Part shown: one piece after another, positions 51,572 through 62,539 of the stretch
Layout of the letters: each line of letters begins with the position of its first letter
How positions within the stretch are numbered: the stretch's first letter is position 1
NCBI GenBank assembly: GCA_963849325.1
Contig: CAWKHF010000008.1
Location: 1-64,000, forward strand
Direction of reading: 5' to 3'
Source of the DNA: an uncultured Planctomycetota bacterium
GTDB taxonomy: Bacteria; Planctomycetota; Planctomycetia; Gemmatales; Gemmataceae
Length of the DNA: 64,000 nucleotides
Program-made: the position numbers and the translations under genes
Notes under the pieces: generated by a model
Database searches by the model: none
What the model was told of the DNA's origin: nothing
What the model saw: the letters and a program-made list of their open reading frames with translations, nothing else

Positions 51572-52771
51572 ATGGACTTCGGCGACCTGTTGAAGAAGGC
51601 TTTCAGCCGCAGGACCGACAATCCCGTGCAGGCGATTGTCGAGGAGCTGGGCCGTCGTCTCCAGGAGATGGAGTCCGCCTCGGTGCGCATCGGCTTCATC
51701 GGTGAAGCGGGCGTCGGCAAGTCCAGCCTCATCAACGCCATCCTTGGCCGCGACGTCGCCCCCGTCGGCGCCACCACCATCACCCACAATCCCGAGGGCG
51801 AGGCGTATCCGTACGACGGCGTCACCCTCGTCGATCTGCCCGGCACCGGCGTACCGGAACGACCGTTCAAAAGCTATGTGGACGATCTGAAATTGCTGGA
51901 ACCGGGCCGATATGACGCCTTCGTGCTGGTCAGTTCGCACCGGCTGCGCGAGAATGAGGTGACGCTGTTCGACGTGCTGCACCAGAAGGGCGGCAAGCCG
52001 TTCTTCGTCGTCCGCAGCCACTTCGACGCGGCGGTGCGGGCGGAGGGCGACGAGGCCACGGCACGGCGGAAGATCGAAGAGGCGTTTCGCAAACACCTGG
52101 GCCAGCCCAACCTCCGCGTTTACATGGTGTCGTCGCCTAACCCAACGCAGTACGACCTGCCGGCATTGCTGCACGACCTGGTTTCGTCGCTGTCGGAACC
52201 GAAACAGGTGCGTCTTCTAGCGGCGATACCCGCCTACACCCGCGAGTTGGTCCAGAAGAAACGCGAGGCGGCCGAAGCGATCGTCTTCGTCTACGCCGGC
52301 CTGGCCGCGGCCAACGGCTTGAATCCCATACCGGGTACGGACATTTTGCTCGACCTGGGCCTGATGCAGAAGATGACGCGGCAAGTCATTGGCGAATTCG
52401 GCCTGCAGCGCGAGCAGCTGGAAAAATTGTCGATGGCCCGCGTGGGTCCGGTGAGTCTCGACTTCATGCTCGATGCCGCCCGCACCGTGCTGGCCCGACT
52501 GGTCGAGGGCAGCATCACCGCCTTCCTCAAGGAAGCCGGCAACGAAGCCGCCAAACAGGTGACGCACAAGGCCGTCGGCACGCAGGTGAAAAAGAAGACC
52601 GGACAGACGGTCGCCCGCTACAGCAGCAAGTACGTCCCCTTCATCGGCCAGCTCGTCTCCGCGGGCATCGGCTTCGGCACCGCCTATTCCTACGGACGAT
52701 TCCTGCTCAACGACTGCGAGGAAGCGCTGGGCCGGATCGTGCAGCGGATCGGCGAACGGACGGTCGGTTAG
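51572..52771 (+). CDS. IRG/IIGP-like (p47 immunity-related) GTPase
   Basis: G1 GEAGVGKSS, G3 DLPG.G, YDAFVLVSS.R..ENE, FFVVRSHFD (G4), YDLP.L, KKRE, PIPG..D..L..FGL helical C-terminus. Confidence 0.8.
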   Translation: MDFGDLLKKAFSRRTDNPVQAIVEELGRRLQEMESASVRIGFIGEAGVGKSSLINAILGRDVAPVGATTITHNPEGEAYPYDGVTLVDLPGTGVPERPFKSYVDDLKLLEPGRYDAFVLVSSHRLRENEVTLFDVLHQKGGKPFFVVRSHFDAAVRAEGDEATARRKIEEAFRKHLGQPNLRVYMVSSPNPTQYDLPALLHDLVSSLSEPKQVRLLAAIPAYTRELVQKKREAAEAIVFVYAGLAAANGLNPIPGTDILLDLGLMQKMTRQVIGEFGLQREQLEKLSMARVGPVSLDFMLDAARTVLARLVEGSITAFLKEAGNEAAKQVTHKAVGTQVKKKTGQTVARYSSKYVPFIGQLVSAGIGFGTAYSYGRFLLNDCEEALGRIVQRIGERTVG

Positions 52772-53041
52772 CTATTCCTCCTCTTCGCGGCGCGTCAGCT
52801 CGCGTAGGATGCGTTCGACCTGTTCGACGTCCTCATCGCTGACGCCCTCGCGGCGGCGATAGCGGCGCTGGAGGCTGTCGAGGACGTGCTCCCACATGGC
52901 GCGCGTCGGCTCCAGACCCTTCGTCCAGTCGCCGCGGCGCTGCAACTTCCACTTGAAACGCCAGACGCCGGCGAAGCGTTCGGCACAGAGGAAACGCCGC
53001 TGCCCGCTATCGGGGTCCGTGTCTGTCCATTTAATCTGCAT
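52772..53041 (-). CDS. Small conserved hypothetical protein
   Basis: MQIKWTDTDP..RF..AERFAG.W.F..WE.VL..L.RRY.RREG. Confidence 0.7.
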   Translation of the reverse strand: MQIKWTDTDPDSGQRRFLCAERFAGVWRFKWKLQRRGDWTKGLEPTRAMWEHVLDSLQRRYRRREGVSDEDVEQVERILRELTRREEEE

Positions 53042-54015
53042 GGTCGTCTCGTCCGGCCGCGCAGGCGAGCTAAAAACGCCTGCAAGTCCGGCGGCAGCGG
53101 CATCTCCCAGTGCAGCTCCTGGTGCGTCAGCGGATGCAGGAAACCCAGTTCGACCGCGTGCAAGGCCAGCCGCGGCGCCCGGCTGCGGTCGGGCCGTTCG
53201 CCGCCGCCGGCCAAGTGATGATACACCTTGTCGCCGCAGACCGGGTGGCCTAACTCGGCGAGATGAATGCGGATCTGGTGCGTGCGGCCGGTCTCCAGCC
53301 GGCAGGCCAGTAGCGTGTAAGCGGGCAGCCGTTCGACCACGTCCACGTGGGTGATCGCTTCCTTGCCGGCGCCGGGCTGGTCGGTACTGCCGCGTCGGCC
53401 ATCGCCGCGGTCGCGGACGAAGCGCGTGGCGATGCGCTGCGGCGCTACGAAGCCGGACACGATGGCGAGATAGCGGCGAATGACGGTGTGGGCGTGGAAT
53501 TGCTTGCCCAGCCCGCGCTCGGCGGCCACGCCGCGGGCGAACACGACCAGGCCGCTCGTCTCCTTGTCGAGGCGATGCACGACGCGCAGGCGCGGCAGCG
53601 GTCCCTTGCGGACGCGGCCCTCTCGGCGCGCGATGATCTTCGGTACGAGGTCTTCCAGTGTCGGCGATAGGGCCTTGCGCCGCTCGGTCCAGTCACGCTC
53701 GACGGGATGGCGCACCGTGGCGACGCCGGAGGGTTTCTCGACGACGACCAGGTGCTCGTCGAGATGCCGCAGGACGATCTCTTCTTCTTGACGCGGCTTT
53801 GTTGCGGGCCGTCCCAGCAGCTCGACGGTTTCGCCCTCCTTGAGACGACGCGCGGGATCGAGACACAGTTCGCCGTTGACACGGACGCGGCGGGTCTCGA
53901 TGAGTCGGCGCACCTGGTTCCAGGATTGGCCGGGCAGCCGCTGGCGCAGCAAGGCGGCCAGCGTCAGACCGGCTTGCTCGGCGGGCAGGGTGAAGGGAGC
54001 CAGGGATTCACTCAT
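52795..54015 (-). CDS. RluA/RluD family pseudouridine synthase (true 3' end probably near 53030-53060)
   Basis: S4 domain, VVEKPSG, VHRLDKETSG, LETGRTHQIRIH, LALHA..LGF.HP. Confidence 0.92.
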   Translation of the reverse strand: MSESLAPFTLPAEQAGLTLAALLRQRLPGQSWNQVRRLIETRRVRVNGELCLDPARRLKEGETVELLGRPATKPRQEEEIVLRHLDEHLVVVEKPSGVATVRHPVERDWTERRKALSPTLEDLVPKIIARREGRVRKGPLPRLRVVHRLDKETSGLVVFARGVAAERGLGKQFHAHTVIRRYLAIVSGFVAPQRIATRFVRDRGDGRRGSTDQPGAGKEAITHVDVVERLPAYTLLACRLETGRTHQIRIHLAELGHPVCGDKVYHHLAGGGERPDRSRAPRLALHAVELGFLHPLTHQELHWEMPLPPDLQAFLARLRGRTRRPCRLNGQTRTPIAGSGVSSVPNASPASGVSSGSCSAAATGRRVWSRRAPCGSTSSTASSAAIAAARASAMRTSNRSNASYAS

Positions 54016-54257
54016 GTCAGCTCAGATAACCAACGTTCGATTTTCGATACGATTTCGGGTTGTTCCTGGCGGAACTGTTCCGACAGCACCAAACACTCGC
54101 CACAGGTCACGACGACTCCGGTATGATGCGGAACTCCGACCAGCCCCATTTCTACCAGTATTTTGCGACCGCACCTCTGACAGGCCGTAAGGTGCCCGAG
54201 GACCGCCAAACCGTGATCGCTGTCGATGGTATAGGTGTCGTCTACTTTATCTGTCAT
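54012..54257 (-). CDS. Small CxxC...CxxC (zinc-ribbon-like) protein
   Basis: CQRC and CGEC; ATGA overlap with the pseudouridine synthase start. Confidence 0.55.
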   Translation of the reverse strand: MTDKVDDTYTIDSDHGLAVLGHLTACQRCGRKILVEMGLVGVPHHTGVVVTCGECLVLSEQFRQEQPEIVSKIERWLSELT

Positions 54258-54310
54258 GATGTCCTGTGTCTCCTTCGCCTTTGCTTGCGGCTCGCGCTCG
54301 GTGTCGGGAA

Positions 54311-56636
<2,326 letters not shown>

Positions 56637-56859
56637 TCAACGAGCGCTAGTTTCCCATTCGCTACGGTCGAAACCGCGCGTCTGTGTCGGACGTGTGTCG
56701 GGACCGAAGTGCGTGAACCCGAACTGTCGAGAGTTCGAGTCTTTCAGGGAGATCCGTCCATTTCTGGACACGATCCGAATCGCGATTCCTCGCCTGCAAG
56801 CTGTTTTTCGGACGATAGTTGTCGGCGGCTTCCCGTCAAAAGTAGCGGGAGGTCCGGGA

Positions 56860-57876
56860 TCATTTCATCAGCGCAAGATTTCGCCAAAGGCTCGCCAGAC
56901 TGTCCGTACCGCCGAAGAGCGTGGTGAAGTGGGTGGAGTCGATGAGCAAGATGTCACCGGCTCGTTGTTCGGTGGACGGCATCCACAGCAGGCAGTTGAA
57001 CTCCTTGTTGCCCGCAGCTGTGAAGGGGTGCGGGCGGTCGGGGTCGATGGCCTGCCGGCCCAGGACATGCACTGAATTCGCGTCCTGGGCGGTCACTTCG
57101 TAATGCGGCAAGTGCAGGTGGAAGTTGAATGTGGTGACGTTATTCAACAACCCCAACTTGTCGAGGTCGCGGAAGGCAGTCAGCGGCGCGATCTCCTTCG
57201 TCCCTTTCACGACTGCGGGACGGAGTCCCCATTGATTGATGACCGGGACGTTGAGCGCCTTCATCAGCGAGCGCGTGTATTGGCTGAATCGCTGCTGGCG
57301 AGGCACGAGTTCGTCGCCGTGGTGGCGATATTCCACCTGCCGCTGCTTCGCGTCGTTGGTGAAACCGACGTCGTGGTGGGGGGCGAGCAGCAGACAGGTC
57401 CCTTCACGTTTGAGCCACTCGCGGATCGCGTTAATTTCGCCCGGCTCCGCTTCCTGTTCGGCGACGAGGTGGTCCAGGCCGAACACCATCAACGTGTCTG
57501 TGTCGGCCAGCACTCGTTCGTCAATCGGCAGCTTGTAACCGGCCTGGTCGATGCGCTGAAACACGGCGACGGGATGCCCGGTCGCCTCACCGACGATCTT
57601 CTGGAATGAAAGCGTAGACCGATGGAACAACTCCAAGGTTCCGCCGATGCCTTGTAGGAAATTCATCTTGTCCCACTCGGAGGCTTCGAAAGCCGGCCAA
57701 GCGACCCGGCGAACTTCGGTCATCGAGGAAAACCGATTGTCCATCTCGGTGAGATCGCGGTTCGTTTCCCACGGATAGCTCCAGGTCCAGTAGATGCTCA
57801 CGCGGCGTTTGCCGGGCGTGTGTTTACGGGCGATGTGGTCCTGGTTGTAAGTGCGAGCGCGTTGAGGTGTGATCAT
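56860..57876 (-). CDS. Conserved hypothetical protein of the DyP-associated cluster
   Basis: ARTYNQDH..RRVSIYWTWSYPWE, FQRIDQAG, LLLAPHHDVG, FNFHLHLPHY. Confidence 0.8.
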   Translation of the reverse strand: MITPQRARTYNQDHIARKHTPGKRRVSIYWTWSYPWETNRDLTEMDNRFSSMTEVRRVAWPAFEASEWDKMNFLQGIGGTLELFHRSTLSFQKIVGEATGHPVAVFQRIDQAGYKLPIDERVLADTDTLMVFGLDHLVAEQEAEPGEINAIREWLKREGTCLLLAPHHDVGFTNDAKQRQVEYRHHGDELVPRQQRFSQYTRSLMKALNVPVINQWGLRPAVVKGTKEIAPLTAFRDLDKLGLLNNVTTFNFHLHLPHYEVTAQDANSVHVLGRQAIDPDRPHPFTAAGNKEFNCLLWMPSTEQRAGDILLIDSTHFTTLFGGTDSLASLWRNLALMK

Positions 57877-59304
57877 GATTTCCTTCTGATGTTGGAGTTC
57901 GTTCAAAGCTCGTTTGCCAAGAGTCTTGTCGATTAAGCTGCCGTGTCACACTGGCCGCCACGCGGCCGAGAATGCCGGCATACGTCGGAAACGAAAGCGG
58001 AATGTGAGCCAGCTCATCGACTCGCATTCCAGCGGTGATGGCGATCGCCGCAACCTGCGTGATCTCGACCGCCCGTTCACCGACGACGTGGCAACCGAGA
58101 ATCTTGTGCGTCGCGCGATCGACAATCAGCTTGCAAAAACCGAACGTGCGACCGTCGATGATCGTGCGCGTGGTCGCGTCGCAGTGGATCGTCGAGGCCA
58201 GGACATCGTGGGCCGCCCGGGCCTGCGATTCGGTCAGACCCACCTGGGCGTATTCCGGATCCGTGAAGCTGCCGATCGGGTTCACCGCTTCGTCCAGCGT
58301 CATTGTCGCACCGCGAACCGCGTTGGTCGCCGCCAGGTAGCCGTCTTGAATCGCTGGCGGGACCAACAGCAGGCGACCAGTGACATCGCCCGCGGCAAAA
58401 ATGTGCGGCGTGGACGTTCGCAGATACGGATCGACGCGCACAAAGCCCCTCGCATCGGTCTCGACGCCCGCCGCCGTGAGGTTCAGCCCGGCCGTGTTCG
58501 CCTGCCAGCCGACGGCCACGACCGCGAGCGACGCTGCCGCGCTGGTGCGATCGCCGTCTTGGCAATAGTTCATGCGCACGCCGCTTGGCGTTTTCTCGAA
58601 CGATTCGATCTCGCCGAAGTTCTCTTGCACAACGATCCCCGCGCTGCGGAACGCGGAGGCGACGGTCGCCGAAATGTCTACGTCTTCCGTCGGCAGAATG
58701 CGCGGGCCGCGATGGAACAGTTGCACTCGCGAGCCGAAGGCGTTGAAGACCGAAGCGACCTGCGCCCTGTGGCGCCGCCGCCAATCACCAACATTGACGG
58801 CGGCACCGAGGTCAGGCTCCAGGCGTCGCTGTGCGTGTTCGTGAACTCGAATCCGGGGACATCGAGCCGCCGACTGATTCCTCCCGTGCAAAGGATGAGT
58901 TTTTCCGCCTGCAGCCGCAGGCCGGTGGCCGTTTCGATGGTTCGCGAATCGACGAAATTCGCGATGCCGGCGTGTTCGTGCACGGACACGCCCAGCGAAT
59001 CGATCTGCTCGCGCCATGTCGAACTGGCACGCACATCGTGGACGACCTCGCGGACGTGCGCGAGCAGTCTAGAGTAATCGAGTAGCGGCTCGCTCACCGC
59101 AATGCCGTATTGTCCGAGTTGCCGCGCCTCACGCATCAACCGCGCCGCATGAGCCAACGTCCGCACGGGAACAGGACCGTCATTGGCCGCCATGCCGCCG
59201 AATGCGTCGCGGGTCACCAACGCCGTGCGAGCGCCCAGGTCCGCGGCGCGCAACGCCGCCACTACCCCGGCCGGTCCCGCGCCAATGATGATGACGTCGA
59301 TCAT
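57824..59304 (-). CDS. Class-I pyridine nucleotide-disulphide oxidoreductase family flavoprotein lacking the redox cysteines (frameshift ~58770)
   Basis: IIGAGPAG, GGMAANDGPVP, IGGGATG, FAAGDV, SFTDPEYAQVG, SFPTY. Confidence 0.85.
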
Positions 59305-59385
59305 TTACCGTTCGTCCACATTCCGTAGCTGAAGTCATGAGATTTCAACCTGGATTCTTTCGCGACTGACAGGTGTCTCACAACT

Positions 59386-60708
59386 CTAGCGACGCCCTAG
59401 TCCTGCAAGGTAACGAAGTGCCTTGAGGCCCGGCAGGAAAAAGTACGCACCGCCTCGAACCGTCGTGAATGCTGGCAGACTCTTGATCGTCTTGCGGATC
59501 GGCCGCTTCGGAATCTTGAATTCCAGCGTGCCGTCTTGGTTGCCGATGATCGGGTCGCGCTCGTTGCCGAGTTCGTGAAAAGTCCGATCATTGGTCCACA
59601 CGTTTTGCGCAAACTCGAACTGGCGGACGAGGCTGGCGCAACCGATGAAGGCAGCGATCCCTCGTTCCACACCGTCCTCGGGCATGCCCTCGGGCAGCGG
59701 CGGGCCGTAGGTGCCGCCACGGCGAATCATCTGCCGCCGATTCATGTTGGCGGCCGTGTCACGCGGATTCATGCGCCGGATGTGGGCGCCGAGTGGAACG
59801 GCATACCCGTGCGGGTCCATATCCTTGTAGTTGAAGTTGTTGTTTCGCTGCATGTCTGCCCCGAGCGCGGGGTCGTCCTTGTCCGGCGCCAGGACCAGCG
59901 GAGCACCGCTGCGCCAGCGTCCCATGAGCTTCGCCGCGATCAGCTCCTGCCCCCCCGGCGTCTCGCCGTGCTGCCGCAGGAAGTCGCGGAACGCGCCGAC
60001 GTGCTGCTGGAATCGCCGGTAGGCCAGGAAACTGCCGTTCCGGGACAGGATCTCGGGCTGCGGCAGTCCGGGCGTGACGCCGCTCTCGTCCGGGTAACCG
60101 AGAAAGAACTCGCCGGCCTTGAGGGGAGGGCCGGAGCCAGGGGTGGCCACGTCCCCGATCCCCTCGATGGTCGGCGTGGTCAGTCGGTCTCGATAGCCGA
60201 AGTGTTCGTGCGCGTGCCCCAGCGGCGGGATCGCCTCCAGGTCCAGCGTCGAGAGGGCGGTCACGTCGGGAAACTGCGCGGCGTATTGCTGGTGCTCCCG
60301 GACGCAGCGCTCGCGCTCCGCGACGTCGCGGGCGAAGAGGATGACGATGGCGTGGAGGTCCGGACTGGCCAGGCCGCCGACCCAGTGGTCGGGGTGGTTG
60401 GCTCCCGTGTCTCCGAGGACCTCCGCCCGAGCTGCCATGCCCTGCCGAAACTCTTCGGGAAAGGTGGCGAGCGAAGCCTCGGGGACACCGAGGGCCCGCA
60501 GCCCGTTCCAGGTGAAGGCGACGGTCACCCACCGGGAGTCGGTCGCGCCGCCCGACCCAACGACCCGACCGGTGCCTACCTTGTCAAGGATGCCTGAGAG
60601 CCAGGCCCGGCCGCCCGCGGGCTGCCGGAAGGTGAGGAACCCGTACCGCGCCGCCAGGGCGCGGGGCCGGGCCAGGAGGAAATGCTGGATGTCGTCGAGT
60701 TCGAGCAT
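59386..60708 (-). CDS. DyP-type (dye-decolourising) heme peroxidase, cytoplasmic
   Basis: DDIQ, EHFGYRD, GEFFLGY, NGSFLAYR, KLMGRWRSG, AHIRRMNPRD, IRRG, QFEF, GGAYFFLP. Confidence 0.92.
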   Translation of the reverse strand: MLELDDIQHFLLARPRALAARYGFLTFRQPAGGRAWLSGILDKVGTGRVVGSGGATDSRWVTVAFTWNGLRALGVPEASLATFPEEFRQGMAARAEVLGDTGANHPDHWVGGLASPDLHAIVILFARDVAERERCVREHQQYAAQFPDVTALSTLDLEAIPPLGHAHEHFGYRDRLTTPTIEGIGDVATPGSGPPLKAGEFFLGYPDESGVTPGLPQPEILSRNGSFLAYRRFQQHVGAFRDFLRQHGETPGGQELIAAKLMGRWRSGAPLVLAPDKDDPALGADMQRNNNFNYKDMDPHGYAVPLGAHIRRMNPRDTAANMNRRQMIRRGGTYGPPLPEGMPEDGVERGIAAFIGCASLVRQFEFAQNVWTNDRTFHELGNERDPIIGNQDGTLEFKIPKRPIRKTIKSLPAFTTVRGGAYFFLPGLKALRYLAGLGRR

Positions 60709-61139
60709 CAGGGGTTGTCCCGGTTGATGGCGTCGATTTGCGTGCCCTTCGCCCATGCCCAGGCAGCGAGGCGCCAGCCGGCGCCGAGCCGGCGCAGCGC
60801 CACCGTGAGCACCGATCCGGATTGCTTCAGCCGCTTGCCGTGGACCGTGAACGACATGGTCGTCGGGACCGCCACGTAGGCGTGCTCGCCGGTGACGATG
60901 ACATGCCAGGGCTCGCCCAGCGCAACGAAGTAGTCGGAGGCACCTTCGCGCTCACCGGTGATGAGCACGTCCCGGTACCAGTCCTGACTGGCAGCCGGGC
61001 CATGCCAGACATGCGGCGGCATGCCGTCCAGGATGGACATCGGGACCGCGCAGGTCGCCGCCATCTCCGCGCTGTCGCCCCGGTTGAAGCAGTCAAGGTA
61101 ATGCCGCACTGCCGCCATTGGGTCGGTCGCCTCAGCCAT
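60708..61139 (-). CDS. SnoaL/NTF2-like protein
   Basis: VRHYLDCFNRGD, HVWHG, AYVAVP, GWRLAAWAW; TGATG coupling to DyP. Confidence 0.8.
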   Translation of the reverse strand: MAEATDPMAAVRHYLDCFNRGDSAEMAATCAVPMSILDGMPPHVWHGPAASQDWYRDVLITGEREGASDYFVALGEPWHVIVTGEHAYVAVPTTMSFTVHGKRLKQSGSVLTVALRRLGAGWRLAAWAWAKGTQIDAINRDNP

Positions 61140-61191
61140 GCGGTTGTCCTTCCTTCGGTTGATGTTTCATGACGCTGCGAGGAACCGAGGA

Positions 61192-61749
61192 TTATTGCAT
61201 CTGGTCCAGCATGCCGGAAAACGCCGCCTTGAGCTTGAGCGCCTTCTTGATTTCGTCGGCGCTCACATAAGGGTACTCGCCGTATTCCAGGAAGCTGGGG
61301 CACTGGTGCTCGCGCACGAACTTGATGAACGCAGCGGGGTTCGTCTGCCAGTCCTCAGGGAACCCTTCGAGGTTCTCAAAGACCGTCCGCAGGCCGGTCG
61401 CCGAGAAGATGCTTACCGCGTCTTCGGTGTACTTGTCGAAGTCGGTGTCGAAGATGCCCTGGTACATGAAGTAGCTGTCCTTGCCGATATCGAAGAGGAC
61501 CCAGCGCAGGTAGTGGAGCTTCAGCACGGCGAGGCAGTCGGGCGTGGCGGCCACTGCCTGCTCGAGCTTCCTGGCATACGCGTAGAAGTTCTGCTTGGTG
61601 CCGGGCTTGATCCTGGCAAGGATGCTGAAGCCGTAGCAGGCAGGAGTCTTGGGGTAGATCGGGCCGTAGCGTCCCTGCTCTACCTTATCCGGGAAGAATC
61701 CCCCTTCGGGGATCGCCAGGGCAGCGGGTTTCGTCCAGTCGTTCTGCAT
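61192..61749 (-). CDS. Conserved hypothetical protein of the DyP-associated cluster
   Basis: GRYGP.YPKTPACYGF, LKLHYLRW, YQGIFDTDFDKYTEDA, FLEYGEYPY. Confidence 0.8.
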   Translation of the reverse strand: MQNDWTKPAALAIPEGGFFPDKVEQGRYGPIYPKTPACYGFSILARIKPGTKQNFYAYARKLEQAVAATPDCLAVLKLHYLRWVLFDIGKDSYFMYQGIFDTDFDKYTEDAVSIFSATGLRTVFENLEGFPEDWQTNPAAFIKFVREHQCPSFLEYGEYPYVSADEIKKALKLKAAFSGMLDQMQ

Positions 61750-61771
61750 ATCAATCTTCCTTTCTTTCTTG

Positions 61772-62266
61772 TTACTTGTCTTCGCGGAGTCCGACCGGGT
61801 TGTCGTGATGATGAGCGATCTCGGGCTCGCTACTTTTGTCTGTCGAGTCAGCGCACGACGCTTCCTTGTTTTCCGCTGACTGCCTCCGGTGTGCTATGGC
61901 CACAATGCGATTCCCGACAGCCCGAACAACTATGCACGGAACAAGTGCGAGCAGCGTGGCCACGATCAGGGTCTGGACTGGATAGATCCAATGAAGGACG
62001 ATAATCTGGTAAATTGCATCTAGCACAAGCGCGACGAGAAATACCTTGCCGGCAATTCTCCACAGGTTTCTGAGCATGAGGCGCGTTTGAGTCGGGTCGC
62101 GTGCAAGGGTCCAGAAGAAGATCGGCCGACCTTCACGGGCATCCGTCCATCCCGCTCGAATCGCAAGAAATGTCGCAACAAAGGGCTGGATAATCAGCCG
62201 GAAGCTCATCGGTCCATCTACCCGACCGAAGAAATTATCCCACGCTTGCCTGAGTGCCTCTTCCAT
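61772..62266 (-). CDS. Hypothetical membrane protein
   Basis: GRVDGPMSFRLIIQP, DAREGRP, three hydrophobic segments. Confidence 0.75.
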   Translation of the reverse strand: MEEALRQAWDNFFGRVDGPMSFRLIIQPFVATFLAIRAGWTDAREGRPIFFWTLARDPTQTRLMLRNLWRIAGKVFLVALVLDAIYQIIVLHWIYPVQTLIVATLLALVPCIVVRAVGNRIVAIAHRRQSAENKEASCADSTDKSSEPEIAHHHDNPVGLREDK

Positions 62267-62539
62267 GGAACGACCACGCTCTGTTACTGGAGGAATCCAT
62301 CAGCATCGTTAAGCACATCCATGAAAGCCGGGAGCCAGTCCATGGCGGTGGGCGGTGATCCGCTTGAGCACAAACCAGGCCACGCCCGCCCACCGCATGG
62401 TAACGCAGACCAGCTTGCCCACAAATGAGCACCTGTTAAACTACTCCGTCTTCCGCCGCCTGGCCAGCCCCTGCCGGTTCTCGCGCCTTGCCCGGTCGCC
62501 GACTGTCGCCGCTGGGGAGGCATTCCCCGTGACCGCTGG

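Noticed and set aside
52795-53041. Genuine ~250-bp overlap between the pseudouridine synthase and the downstream small gene
   Set aside because: The extension has no RluA-like features; a missed stop caused by an indel is more likely
59386-60708. Encapsulin cargo system
   Set aside because: No encapsulin shell gene nearby and no C-terminal targeting peptide on the DyP
62284-62530. Recombinase remnant at the right end of the islet
   Set aside because: No recognisable integrase or transposase motifs in any frame examined
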